A stretch of DNA of 64,000 nt from Octopus vulgaris (taxonomy: Eukaryota), in assembly GCA_951406725.2 (NCBI GenBank), contig OX597815.1, forward strand, positions 185,504,001 to 185,568,000, written 5' to 3'. Positions 39,349-52,319 of this stretch are shown piece after piece (positions within the stretch are counted from its first letter, which is position 1; every line of letters starts with the position of its first letter). Under the pieces are notes generated by a model. It worked only from the letters and a program-made list of their open reading frames with translations, did no database searches and was not told where the DNA came from. The translations under genes and the position numbers were made by a program.

Positions 39349-42300
39349 ATTCTATGAGTCAACATGTTCCTCCTTGCAATAATATGCTGTGACTGAGAAG
39401 ACCCGGCAACTAAAGTTAGATTGTAGCCATGCATGTCTGGCCCAGTTAAGAGTACCCCTGATGCATTGTGCAATATGATACACTTGAGAAGACCTGCTGA
39501 GTCAAGTAAAACCAATATCTTAGCTGTAGCCAGTGCCTCATAACAGGCTCCCCTGCTGGTGGCACATAAAAAGCATCATCCAAATGTGGTCAATACCAGT
39601 GCCGCCTGACTGGCTCTTGTGCTGATGGCATATAAAGAGCACCATTTGAACATGACCAATGCCAGTACCGCCTGACTGGCCCTCATGCCAGTGGCATGTA
39701 AAAAGCACCCACTACACTCCTGGAGTGGTTGGCATTAGGAAGGGCATCCAGCTGTAGAAACACTGCCAGATCAGACTGGAGCCCGGTGCAGCCTCCTGGC
39801 TTGCCAGTCCTCACTCAAAACCGTCCAACTCATGCCAGCATGGAAAGTGGACGTTAAACGGTGATGATGATGACTGCCATGAGCTTTTACTTGATTTCAT
39901 CAATTCTGGAAGGGTGAATGACAGAAAATGGTTTGGGCAAGATATAAGCTCAAAACTATGACAGGAACAAATGCCACAATAAACATTGAAAAATACCTTA
40001 GGAATGAGAACCCAGGTTCGAAATTTCCGCAAGACACCTGAAGAAGGCTGGAGGGTATATCAGCCGAAATGAGTTAAAAACAAAGATGAAGACAAATATC
40101 TGCCAAATGCAAATAATGTAAATAACCTCCCTAATGCCAACTGCTTTACAGGGTGTACTGAGTGCTTTTTTCCATGGTACCAGCACTTGTGAGGTTACCA
40201 TGTAGTTCACAAGACAAGGATTCCCATTGACTGTGTGGAACTAAAGTAGAGAGAGAGGGGGGGCAGTTTGAATCAAAGTGATTAGAGGTTTAGAGTAGGG
40301 GTACTCAAACATTTTTTTTTTAATCTAATAATCCCTTAGATTATTATTTTATTCTGGTGCACCCCCCCTCCTCCGCCATAGCCATTCGATGTTATAAACT
40401 AGTTTTGTAGCAACTTCTTTCAAAATTGTTTTGTTTTTCATCCATTAACTTGTGTAGGTTGAGCTATATAAAAGGTGAGAGAAAGAAACTTTCTTACAAA
40501 GAATACAGGTAAAGCAAAATTTTCTTCAGGGGGCCCTTAAAACACTGTTGTGGGCCCCCAGTTTACTATTTTGTTACATGAACCCCATCCCCCCATAAAT
40601 CATATATAGACCTTCAGGGGACATATGGATCCTGGTGGTTCTTACCACTGATTTGGAGTATGGAAAGAAGGGCCAAACTGGGATTCTTGGCTGCTAGCAT
40701 TATACAAAAGTAGGTGGGTACGGTCAGTGTGGAGGTGGAAAGAGGGATGGAGATGGTGGAGACAAGATGTCAGAGTGAGCATTGGAGGAAGAAGAACAGA
40801 AAGAGATGCTGGGTGGAAGCAGCCAGTGTGTATAGAGGGAGTGATGGTAAGAGGTCGGGGTAGGGATTCTTTCAATTAATTTTAAATATAACAAATAATT
40901 TAGTAAAATAACTTAGTTATCGTTAAGCTAGTGTTAGGAACATAAATTATGACTAAGATTTAGCAGAAGATTTTTAATTCAAAACTTCCGAAAACAAGAC
41001 ATTTGCACTCAGAAACAGAGGTGGTTTCAGCAGGGTTGGTATCAAAAGGGCGAACTTTGCCACTTTGTTAGTGACTGGCTTAAAAAATACAAAGAGCAAA
41101 AAAAAAAAATAAATAAATTACACACACGCACACACACACATATATACATACATACACACACACACGTCATACCCAGATGGTATGGTAATCAGAATAGAAA
41201 GGATTGACTTTTACTTATACAGCAAAACAAGTCCAGCCGATCAAATCAATTAAAACCTAAGAAATAGGTCAATAGTTTCACAGCGAAGCCAGGGTAGAGA
41301 ATTGATTAGTGTCACCGACACCACAATGCTTTTAATCTCATCTATAATACCTTCAGCCCCCGCCACCAACATCGATTTGCCTACCTTGAAAATCCGTAAT
41401 ACTTACACCTGGCCATGAAGATCAGTAGCTGCAACACCTGACACAAATTCCATCACTCATATTACCAAGTGGTCAAGCCATCTATCTAATCTACTAATGC
41501 AGCCATCATCATCATCGTCATCATCATCATCACCACCACTACCAACACCAATAAAGCGAATATGACTTCTGACTATCATCATCAGCAACATTGCTAATGG
41601 TTATCATCGGTTACCATCGTTATCATCACCATAACGATCTGACCACATATCTAAATCTCAAATCACTAAAAAAAATCTGGCACTCTGTTAGTTACAACAA
41701 TGATTAGATCAGCTTCTACCTGATCTGAGTGATGGAACAGCCTGCTCGTGAAATTAACATGTAGATGGCCGAGTGCTCCAAAGACACTCATATCCTTAAC
41801 TTAACTCATTAAGGCCCACTGTCCTATAAATAGGACACTAAATGAGAACATTAAATAAGCTGTATCACATTGTCTCAAATTTCTTTCTTGCCCACAAGGG
41901 GCTAAACATAGTGGGGAGAAAAAACGAGGACAGACTGAGGGATTAAGTCGATTACATCGACCCCAGTGCTTAACTGGTACTTAATTTCTTGACCCCGAAA
42001 GGATGAAAGGCAAAGTCGACCTCTATTTTGTAAGAAAAGAGATATAATATCCAAGTAGACACCAAATTTCTCTTAGTAAAATGCCAAGGCCAGTTCCTTC
42101 AGATGGTGTGTCATTCAAACTAACAGCAGAGGAAAATTCCACTTTAAACAATGCCATACTTATATACCCTGAAGAGATCGTACCACTAATGCATAAATCA
42201 TTGCATATAAATGTGCAACAATATAATTTGAATGTTCAAATCCTTCATTCTCCTTATTGTCAATATATATATATATTTATATACATACATACAGACACAC

Positions 42301-42429
42301 ATACATATATGTAAATACATACATACATATATATATAGATATATATATACATACAGACATACATACATATATGTAAATACATACATATATATATAGATAT
42401 ATATACATACAGACATATATATTCATATA

Positions 42430-42464
<35 letters not shown>

Positions 42465-42467
42465 ACA

Positions 42468-42771
42468 GACGATGCCACTCGTGGCCGATGCCAGCACCGC
42501 CTCGACTGGCTTCCGTGCCGGTGGCACATAAAATACACCAATCTGACTGTGGCCGTTGCCAGCCCCGCCTGGCACCTGTGCAGGTGGCACGTAAAAAGCA
42601 CCCACTACACTCACGGAGTGGTTGGCGTTAGGAAGGGCATCCAGCTGTAGAAACATTGCCAGATTAGACTGGAGCCTGGTGCAGCCTTCTGGCTTCCCAG
42701 AACCCCGGTCGAACCGTCCAACCCATGCTAGCATGGAGAACGGACGTTAAACGACGATGATGATGATGATG

Positions 42772-42773
<2 letters not shown>
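42468..42773 (+). mobile_element. SINE-like family C ending in (GAT)n (others at ~1440-1742, 28810-28960, 31680-31870, 34735-34975, 39420-39872, 44365-44810, 47870-48720, 51930-52100, 52490-52870, 59810-60270)
   Basis: ggtggcacgtaaaaagcacccactacactc.cggagtggttggc.ttaggaagggcatccagctgtagaaac...ccaacccatgctagcatgga...gacgttaaacgatgatgat. Confidence 0.85.
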
Positions 42774-42822
<49 letters not shown>

Positions 42823-42984
42823 GATACAGACATACATATATGTAAATACATACATTCATACATACATATATATATATATATAGATAGATATATGTATGTA
42901 TACACACTACACACACATACACTCATATTAGAATCTACATATGGACTCCCAAGCATCAATGCTATTATATATAGCCAAGTGTAC

Positions 42985-43145
42985 CTTGTCACGTATACTT
43001 TGACGCATTTCTTCTCGCTCTTCTTCCATTTTCCTGTGTTTTTCTTTACGTCTCTCTTCGGCTTCTCTTCTGGCTTCTTCAATAGCCGCAGCCTCTTCTT
43101 CTGCATTCTCATTCCCTTCTTTGTCACCTTCATCACCTCCCATAG
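42985..43145 (-). CDS. cpx: Complexin (synaphin) internal exon: accessory and central (SNARE-binding) helix
   Basis: Acceptor tccttttgacag|CT ATG GGA and donor GAC AAG|gtacac; 161 nt. Encodes (A)MGGDEGDKEGNENAEEEAAAIEEARREAEERRKEKHRKMEEEREEMRQSIRDK, nearly identical to squid complexin as I recall it, and joins the next exon to give the conserved IRDKYG motif. Confidence 0.96.
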
Positions 43146-43517
43146 CTGTCAAAAGGATGAACAAGAAGAAGATAAGACATTAGCAACCAGTATGCATTTC
43201 ACGTTGAAATATTACAACAACAGACGCAGACATGTTTGAAATAAGATGAGAAAGAGAGGAAAAGAGAGAGAGAGAGAGAGAGAGAGTATGAAGAGAAATG
43301 AAGATGGATAGGAATGAGAGAGACAGACAGTGAGAAGGAGAAACTGAAAGAAGAAGAAGATGAAAAATAAATGTCAGATGCCCTGATTTCTTTTCCGTCT
43401 TGTAACTCAGGTGACTTATTTTATGAGAAGCCTTATTTTAAGGGAATTGAAACACTGTGGTTGCAGTTGCTGTGGTTTCAAATTTGTTCTTTCAATCATC
43501 ACCACCACTACCACTAC

Positions 43518-43549
<32 letters not shown>

Positions 43550-43712
43550 CAGTCACCATCAGCAACAGCAGCAGTATTGCAATACTGTGTGTTTCAGCTT
43601 GTATTTCTTTCGATACTGTATTTGATTCAGGTAAACAATATACACTATTGCCTATAGATACATATATATTGCATATTTATGTGTGTATATATATATTTAT
43701 ATATGCATATAT

Positions 43713-43771
<59 letters not shown>

Positions 43772-45292
43772 AGGGAGTATAACTCCAAACTTAAAGGGAA
43801 AAAGTCAATTTAGTATTAAATAAAATTTCACAATATAAATATATGAAATATAAATTAGAGATAAAACCACTATTATTTATGTTTTGGTTTATGTCTATCA
43901 CTGTTTGAGTTGCATAATAGTGGTTTTATGTCTAATTTATATTTTATATACTTTAGTGGTGGATTCCCTTTCCGGATCTATTTCTAGCATTAGAGTGACC
44001 ACATGTGGTCTCTCTCTTATTACTATATATATATATATATTCGTATATATATTCATATTACACAGCACTTATGGCAAGTGTCATCTACTATAACCTTGGA
44101 TTGACCAAAGCTTTGTGAGAGGATTTGGTAGATGGAAAATGAAAGAAGCCTGCATTTATATATGTGTGTGTTTGTGCATCCCTTTGTCTAGAAAGCATGT
44201 GATAATTGTAAATGAACAGCATCATCATCATCATCATCATCATACAAGTGAGATTGTTTGTTTCCAGTCCTCCATGAAAGATATCTCTAGCTATGGGGAA
44301 ACATTACTTTGTATGGAAACAGATGTGGGTTGTTGAAAGCAAGGGCATTTGCCCTCAACAAATTCCATTTGGCCCAGAAGGCTGTACCAGGCTCCAATTT
44401 GATCTAGCAAAGTTTCTACAGCGGGATGTCCTTCCTAATGCTAACCACTCTGAGAGTGTAGTGGGTGTTTTTTATGTGCCACTGGCACAAGGGCCAGTCA
44501 GGCGTTACTGGCATCAATCATGCTTGTGGTCAATATTTTTATATGCCACTGGTACGGGAACTAGTCGGGCGGCACTGGTAGTGATCACGCTCGAATGGTG
44601 CTTTTAATGCGCAACTGGCACAGGACCAGTTAGGCAGGACCGGCATTGGCCATGCTCAAATGGTGCTCTTTGCATGCCTCTGGCATAGGTGCCAGTCAGG
44701 CGGTACTGCCATCAGCCACAATAATGACTTCATTTGACTCAACAGGTCTTCGCAAGCACAGTTTATTGCCCAGTGATTGAAGGGTACTCTTAAATGGTCC
44801 AGTTATGCTGCACTGTATTAATTGACTCCACAGTTTAAAGTAATCTTTTGATATTAATATTATATTAATACGCATTTTTACAGTACTGTTGAAGATTAAC
44901 TGTCATGTCAACAACCACCTTGAGCATCTTTTTGAGCTCCATGTGTCTAACACATGTGGGAATGCCTTAAAAAGTCAGAAAACAGCAAAGCTCCCATGAT
45001 TTTCGGAAACATTTTTTCACACTCAGATTTGCTGAAGCATGAAACAAACTACCTGCATCGCTTGTTAGCTACCAAGACATTGCATCCTTTAAAACTTCCA
45101 TGCTTCCTGAAATTCACCAATACTACACCTGATATTCACCCACCTCCCTACGCATGCACACATGTATATCATGACTCATACACTGTTCACTTTCCTCACA
45201 TTTGTACATAATTCTATGAACTATACATGCACTTTTGATTAGTCATAGTGCACCCTGAGCATTATACACAATAATTTCATTACTACTACTAC

Positions 45293-45328
<36 letters not shown>

Positions 45329-45330
<2 letters not shown>

Positions 45331-45622
45331 GCTTGACTTTTGCTTTGTATTTGTACAAGTTGGCTCCAAGTCTCCCCCAGAGACCTCAAGAGACAAGTTA
45401 GAAGTTCATGTTGGTGTTATGCCTAGGGTATCATATATTTGGTTTTGCACATAGTATTGTTCTAAAGAATACTTAAGAAAACATTAGAAAATTATGAGTT
45501 TGTTTTAAAAATTTGAGAATTACATAGACAGTATTTTACGTAGGATATGGGCAGTTCCCATGAGCACTATCTTTTGAATTTCTGCCATTTTGGATTTTCC
45601 TGGTATCTGAGCTAAGTAACAA
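45329..45622 (-). mobile_element. 3' end of another R4/Dong-like element
   Basis: YLAQIPGKSKMAEIQKIVLMGTAHILRKILSM* plus 3' UTR, between (TTA)n tracts. Confidence 0.7.
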
Positions 45623-45854
45623 TGATTATTATTATTATTATTATTATTATTTTATCATTATTATAATCATATTATATTTTAAATGTATTGACATAACTCT
45701 TCTGAGTTCAAGTCCTGCCAAGATCGACTTTGTCTTTCATCCTTTCAAGATCGGTAAATTAAGTAACAGTTGTGTACAGGGGTCAATCTAATTCACTGGC
45801 CCTTTCCACCAAAATTTCGGGCCTTCTGCCTAGAGTAGAAAAGATTATTATTAT

Positions 45855-47043
45855 TACCATTGCACAGCGTCTAACACTGGAGATGTACTACAGTGCCAGC
45901 TGTTCACTACCAGTGAACTAATATAACACCTCTTATTTTTCAAGCACTTTCCAGAGCATTCGAATGGATCCAAGCAGGTCTGTTTTCTGCAAGTGCTCCA
46001 CCCTTATTGCAGCCCCTATTTGTTCCATGGACTTCTCAAGATTTTTGCTCACTGTTCGCAGGGCTCTAACAATTATTGGTACTACTACCACCTTTTTCAT
46101 CGACCACAACTGCTTAACTTCCCAAGCTAACCTGTCATATCTCTCGACTTTTCTTTCTTCCTTATCGCATATCTTGTTGTCAACTGGGCATGCTATATCT
46201 ATGATCCAGCATAGTCTGTTTTCTTTCTCAATTAAGACTATGTCTGACTACCTATTCTCTATATGTCACAGTCGCAATGAATCATAAAATCCCATAGGAT
46301 CTTTGCATTTCTATTTTCGATGATGCCTTCAGGTTTGTGGTCATACCAATTTTTGCTCTGTCATGTCCATACTTGTTGCAAAGTGTCCAATAGACAAGCC
46401 TGGCTATATTATCGTGGCAACTCTTATATTCTTTCTGGGCTAGTGGCACACATTGACTGGTAATATGCCATACATTTTCACCATTTTGCCCACAAATTCT
46501 GCACTTATTACTATCTGATGTGTTGTCTATTCTGTATTTTATGTAGTCTGTGGAGGCGTAATGGCCCAGTGGTTAGGGCAGCGGACTCGCGGTTGTAGGA
46601 TCGCGGTTTCGATTCCCAGACCGGGTGTTGTGAGTGTTTATTGAGCGAAAACACCTAAAGCTCCATGAGGCTCCGGCAGGGATGGTGGTGATCCCTGCTG
46701 TACTCTTTCACCACAACTTTCTCTCACTCTTACTTCCTGTTTCTGTTGTACCTGTATTTCAAAGGGCCGGCCTTGTCACTCTCTGTGTCACGCTGAATAT
46801 CCCTGAGAACTACGTTAAGGGTACATGTGTTTGTGGAATGCTCAGCCACTTACACGTTAATTTCCCGAGCAGGCTGTTCCGTTGATCGGATCAACCGGAA
46901 CCCTCGTCGTCGTAACCGACGGAGTGCTTCCATTATGTAGTCTGTTCTTAGTACAGATTAGAGCCTCCATTTCCAGTTTTAAATCACTTTTAGTCATCCA
47001 CAGTCCTCTTTTTTCTGTCTGTCTGACTTATCTTCACCATCCC
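45855..47043 (-). mobile_element. R4/Dong-like (RLE-encoding) non-LTR retrotransposon fragment
   Basis: Reverse strand encodes zinc-knuckle and RLE remnants (IDIACP..., EVKQLWS.KKVVVVPIIV, EHLQKT.LLGS.R); bounded by (TTA)n on both sides. Confidence 0.8.
46551..46932 (+). mobile_element. tRNA-derived SINE (head Y + tail 1) with TSD, inserted in an R4-like LINE fragment
   Basis: A box tggcccagtggttagg, B box ggtttcgattccc; TSD ttatgtagtctg(t) at 46539-46551 and 46933-46945; CpG-rich, so probably young. Confidence 0.9.
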
Positions 47044-47078
<35 letters not shown>

Positions 47079-49279
47079 GTTATTATTATTGTTATAGAGT
47101 GGGTGTAATCTCTAGTAATATAAGTTTGCATTATTGGTGATAGTCATTTCTCTTTGTTTAGAATATTTTATCTCTTGAGAATTTTATCATCCTTAAAGTT
47201 ATATCTAATCTCGTGGATATTTAATAAATAGATCAATAATATAATTGAAAGTTGTAACAACTTACTGATTACAATTTGATATAATAAATTAATTACAAGT
47301 GTGCTGGGGAAAGATAGGTTTTAAAAATGTGCTGGGAAGAGCACTGACTGTCAAAGCTTCCTAATTAAAAAATAAAATAAAATTACACACGGGAAAAAAA
47401 TCAATTTTGTGATCCTATTTTAAGTGAAAGGGTAAAATACATTTTCCTTAAGAGCTTTAACAATGAGAAATATTTCCAGTTGGGACTTTGAGGCAATGAA
47501 ATTTTGCTTCTTTACCAATGTTCCTTTTCTTTCCTTTTTTTTCTTTTTTGTTGTCTTTTTCTCACCTGAGTATAATAATCTAGCTGGCCTCAACAAATTA
47601 ATGATTGACAAAAAATTCTGGAAATAGAAAAGCTAAACAAACATCTTCCTTAGGGTATTACATTCTGAAATGTTATTAATTAGTTCTGATGGGAAAATTG
47701 CTTAAACTGCTAAGCACGTCTCTTCTGGGTTTTGCTAAATCGCGTATCAAATAATTTAACCCTTTAACTGCAAAATTGAATATCATGGTTATTCCAGTGA
47801 TGATGTTTAATATCTACCAAAAAATATAAATGGTATTTTCTTAAAATTACATTACCACGATAAAATCGACACATCATTATCATCATCGTTTAACATCCAC
47901 TTTCCATGCTGGCATGGGTTGGATGGTTTAACTGAGGACTGGTGAGCCAGCGGCTGTACCTGGCTCAATCTGATCTGGCAAAGTTTCTACATCATCATCA
48001 TTGTTCGACCGTGGTCGAGACTAAATTCCATAGTCTTTTCAAATGGCTAATAATGTGTGTGCGCGCCACTACTACACACATTGGAAAGCATTGTACAACC
48101 AAGTACTAAAGAAGATCTTTCCTCCTCCATGAAACAAAGCTGTTCCTGCTGGACATCAACCCAGTATTTCTACAGCTGGATGCCCTTCCTAACGCTAACC
48201 ACTCTGAGAGTGTATTGGGTGCTTTTACATGACACCAGCACGAGGGCCCATGAGGTGGTTCTGGCAACGACCATGCTCAAAAGGTGCATTTTATGTGCTA
48301 CGTGCAAGGAAGCCAGTGTAACGGCACTGGCAATGACCACACTCAAATGTTGTTTATCATGTGCCACCGGCACATTTGCCAGTAAGGTGATGCTGGCACT
48401 GATCATGCTCGAATGGTGCTTTTCACATACCACTGGCACAGGAGCCAATCTGAGGCCCTGGCAACGATCATGCTCGGATGTGCTTTTAACATTCCACTGG
48501 CATGAGTGCCAATCAGGCAGTACTGTCATTGGCCACGTCAGCGATTTTGATTTTGATTTCACTTGCCCCAATAGGTCTTCACAAGCAAAGTTCATTGTCT
48601 AATGAATTAGGGGTACTCATAAGTAGGCTGGTTACACCCCACGTTCGGATGTACTTTTAACGTTCCACTGGCATGAGTGCCAATCAGGCAGTACTGTCAT
48701 TGGCCACATCAGCGATTTTGATCTCAACATAAATAGATTTAAACATGACCTTCCTCAAGAAAAGATAAGTTAGTACATAAAACTGATTACTGAAGTTAGG
48801 GGTAAAAAGGTTTTGAGTGGATAAATTAGATTTCTGCAGTAGAAGGGATAATCTCTAATCATCAACAAGCTCCATAAAATCCAAATCCACTCACAAGGTT
48901 TTGGTCGGCCCTAGGGTTATAGTAGAAGACACCTACCCATGGTGCTATGCAGTGGGACTGAACCCGGAACCATATGGTTGGTAAGCAAGCTATTTACCAC
49001 ATAGCCACTCCTGCGCCTATATATTATTTTAAACTCACAAACATGTGCTCAGTTCCTTCACTTTGCAGACAATTTGATTTACATGAATAAAAGTATTTAC
49101 GTTCAATTATATCAGCTGACATCTCGTTTGAAATGAAGATGATGAGAAGATGGAAGTCTTTCATGAATGAGAAGTCAAAGAATTGAATTGAATTAAGGCG
49201 AAAAAAAAAAAAAAACTGGGATGTAGAACTGTCTGATGCATATGACAACATAAATAAGAATACAGACAGTAGGATTGTT

Positions 49280-49715
49280 AACAGTGGTGATGATGAGGAG
49301 GAGGAGGAAGAGGAAACTCACAGTGATAACAGCAATAGGAAGGATTAGATTGGTAGGAATGACGATGAAAACGAGGATGATGAATGACTGTAGAGGCTGT
49401 TGTTACGATGATGCTGATAATGATAATGAGGGTTATTATGATCATAACTGTTGTAGTGATGATGATGATCACAATGGTGACAATGACGATGACAATTATA
49501 TTCATGATGGTGATGATGATGATGATGGTGATAATGGTGGTGATGATGATGATGATGATGGTGATGATGATGGTGGTGGTGGTGATGATGACGATGATGA
49601 TGGTGGTGATGATGACGGTGGTGATGATGATGATTGTAGTGATGATGATGGTGATGATGATGGTGGTGGTGGTGGTGGTGATGATGGTAATGATGATGGT
49701 GGTGATGAATGCTGA
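49280..49715. repeat. (GAT/GGT)n trinucleotide tract
   Basis: Direct inspection. Confidence 0.95.
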
Positions 49716-50004
49716 CAAAAATGATAACGATCGCAAGTAGAGTGCAAATGACGGCAATGAGAAATTAATTTCCCTTTTTTTCTTTTTCTTTTCCTTCTCT
49801 TTTTGTCAGTAATGCAAAAATGGTTTTGCAAAGGAATTATATACAAAGAAGGCCGAAGTCTTGTGCAGATGTCATTCTAAAGAATACCAGAGAGAATTTT
49901 CCTCTGAAGCTTTCATTTAAGATTGTTGACCTCAGACAGCTATGTAATTACACTAAGGTAATTAATTAGTATAAAGATGCAGAAATGAGGTAAATGAACC
50001 AGTT

Positions 50005-50620
50005 GAGAGAGAGAAGGGAGAGGAGGGAGAGAGAGAGAGAGAGATGATATAAAAAAAGGGAGAGGGCCAAAAGAAAATAAGTTTAGTGGAAGCAAGGAAT
50101 TCAAGAGAATTGTTTGAAATAATAGAAAGAAAGTGAGATAGAAAGGGAATGATGAGTAATTCGACACAAGAGAGGGAGGAAGGGAGGAGAGACAGAGGGT
50201 TAGAGAGAGAGTAACAAAGAAAAATGAAGGAAACAAGGTAAATATTTAATGGTGAAAGAGAGAGAATGAGAGGGAGGGGAAAATAAAAGAGTAACAGAGA
50301 GCGAGAGAGAATGGAGAGGGTGAAAAAGAGAGAGAGAGGGGGAGAGAAAAAATAAAAGTATAATAGAGAGTGAGAGAGAATGGAGAGGGTGAAAGACAGA
50401 GAGAGAGGGAGGGAGGGAAGGAGGGAAGAAGAGAAAAATAAAAGAGTAACAGAAAGTGGAGAGGGTGAAAAGCAAGAGAGAGAATGAGAGAGAGAGGGAG
50501 TGAGTGAGTGAGAGTAAAATCTAAGAATAAAGGAGAAAGAAAGAAAATTGAAGGAGGCAAATGAAGAAAGTGAATGAAATAGAAAGAAGGAGAATATGAG
50601 AAAGGGAAAGCTTCAAAGAG
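50005..50620. repeat. GA-rich polypurine tract with an internal ~65-bp minisatellite
   Basis: The unit ggagagggtgaaa...aaaataaaagagtaacaga recurs about three times in 50250-50475. Confidence 0.8.
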
Positions 50621-50954
50621 AATGGTAATTATAACAAAGATGGAAGGAATGAACGAAGTTATTAGCGAGAAGAATGAAAAAGAAATAGAAAAACCAAGAA
50701 AACATAAAAGGTTGTCATCAGGCTCTCCTGATGTCTTCTAGAAGAGTCTCAATGGTAATCTAATATCATTGGTTTGGCAGAATCAGAAGCATTGGGATTA
50801 ATGCCTTGTGGTGTTTGGTGATATCTTTTTACATTGAGGTCAACTTCGCGTTTCATCGTAGTAAAGTCAATGAAATAAGTAGCAATCAAGTACCGGGGTT
50901 AATTAGAATGGTAATGTCATTAGAGCCTTGGATAAAATAATGCCGGCAGCATTC

Positions 50955-51194
50955 TCTTTACTCTCTTTTTACTCTTCTTTTTTTGTTTTAGTCATTTGAC
51001 TGCGGCCATGCTGGAGCACTGCCTTTAGTCGAGGAAATCGACCCCAGGACTTATGCTTTGTAAGCCTAGTACTTATTCTATTGGTCTCTTTTGCTGAACC
51101 GCTAATGTTATGGGGTCGTAAACACACCAGCATCTGTTGTCAAGCGATGTTGGGGGGATTCAAATACAGACACACAAACATGCACACAAATATA

Positions 51195-51244
<50 letters not shown>

Positions 51245-51415
51245 CATACATACATATATACAAAGTGCTTCTTTCAGTTTCTGTCTACCAAATCCACTCA
51301 CAAGGCTTTGGTCGGCCCAAGGCTATAGTAGAAGACACTTGGCCAAGGTGCCATGCAGTGGGACTGAACCCGGAACCATGGGGTTGGTATGCAAGCTGTT
51401 TACCACACAACCCTC
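50955..51415 (-). mobile_element. SINE family A
   Basis: Matches family A, with an expanded internal (TA/CA) tract. Confidence 0.85.
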
Positions 51416-51574
51416 ACTTCTTATCTTTGCGTTTCATTGAGATTTGTTGAAGTTCTTCTTTGCAGAATTCAAGATGGTCACTAACAAAATTACAAAAGCT
51501 TGTTCCTTTGGATCAAGACAGTTCCAAGGACTTGTAACTATATGAGGGAGTTAGTTTATGTATGTAAAGTGTAA

Positions 51575-51915
51575 AGAGTAAAGAACCCCTTTAGTCATGA
51601 CTGACTATGGGCTTGCACCTAGAAAGTTGCCCTCCAAGGTGCAAGTTGTTTGTGGAAGGCCAGCAGTCGTCCATGCATACCAGCCACCACCACCCCCGCT
51701 CTCTACGCCACTGATGTTATCCAAGGGAAAGGCAAAGGCCGATACAGCTTGGCACCAGTGAAATTGCAACTAATTTCTACAGCTGAGTGAACTGGAGCAA
51801 TGTGAAATAAAGTATCTTGCTCAAGAACACAACATGCAGCCCAGTCCGGGAATTGAACTCACAACCTCACCATTGTGAGCCCAATGTTCTAACCACTGAG
51901 TCATGCACCTTCACC
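51575..51915 (-). mobile_element. tRNA/CORE-like SINE (head X + tail 3); second copy at 59225-59565
   Basis: Two similar copies; A/B boxes plus cttgagcaaga.actttatttcac.ttgctccagttcactcagctg. Confidence 0.8.
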
Positions 51916-52279
51916 AGATAAGATGTATGTTACCATCATCATGTTCATCATTGTCATTAACATCCATTTTCCATGCTGACATGGGTTGGATAGTTTAACA
52001 GGTGGTGGCCAGGCAAAAGACTGCACCAAGCTCTACTGCCAGGCTTGGTATGGTTTCTATTGCTGGATGTCCTTCCTAACATCAGCCACTTCACAGAGTA
52101 TTCATCTAATAGATGTACATGTTGCGTTAGTACATACATGTGTGTGTGTATGTGTGTCTGTGTTTGCTAGAAGCACATATACAGTTTTGGGCATATATCA
52201 ATTCCAGAAATCACAAATGAAGGATCTTTAGAGTGTTTTACAAATCTTCATTGTATATATGAGCAAATGTTTGTGTATG

Positions 52280-52319
<40 letters not shown>

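Noticed and set aside
43146-43370. Upstream pyrimidine tract as an editing-complementary sequence for the GAA-rich complexin exon
   Set aside because: The complementarity is low-complexity only, with no specific long helix.
46551-46625. tRNA gene
   Set aside because: It is the tRNA-derived head of a SINE: it continues into a repeat body, is flanked by a TSD and has no complete cloverleaf.
49275-50560. Poly-Asp/Gly, poly-Met/Val and Leu/Ser/Phe-rich ORFs
   Set aside because: Trinucleotide and GA-rich repeats open in several frames on both strands.
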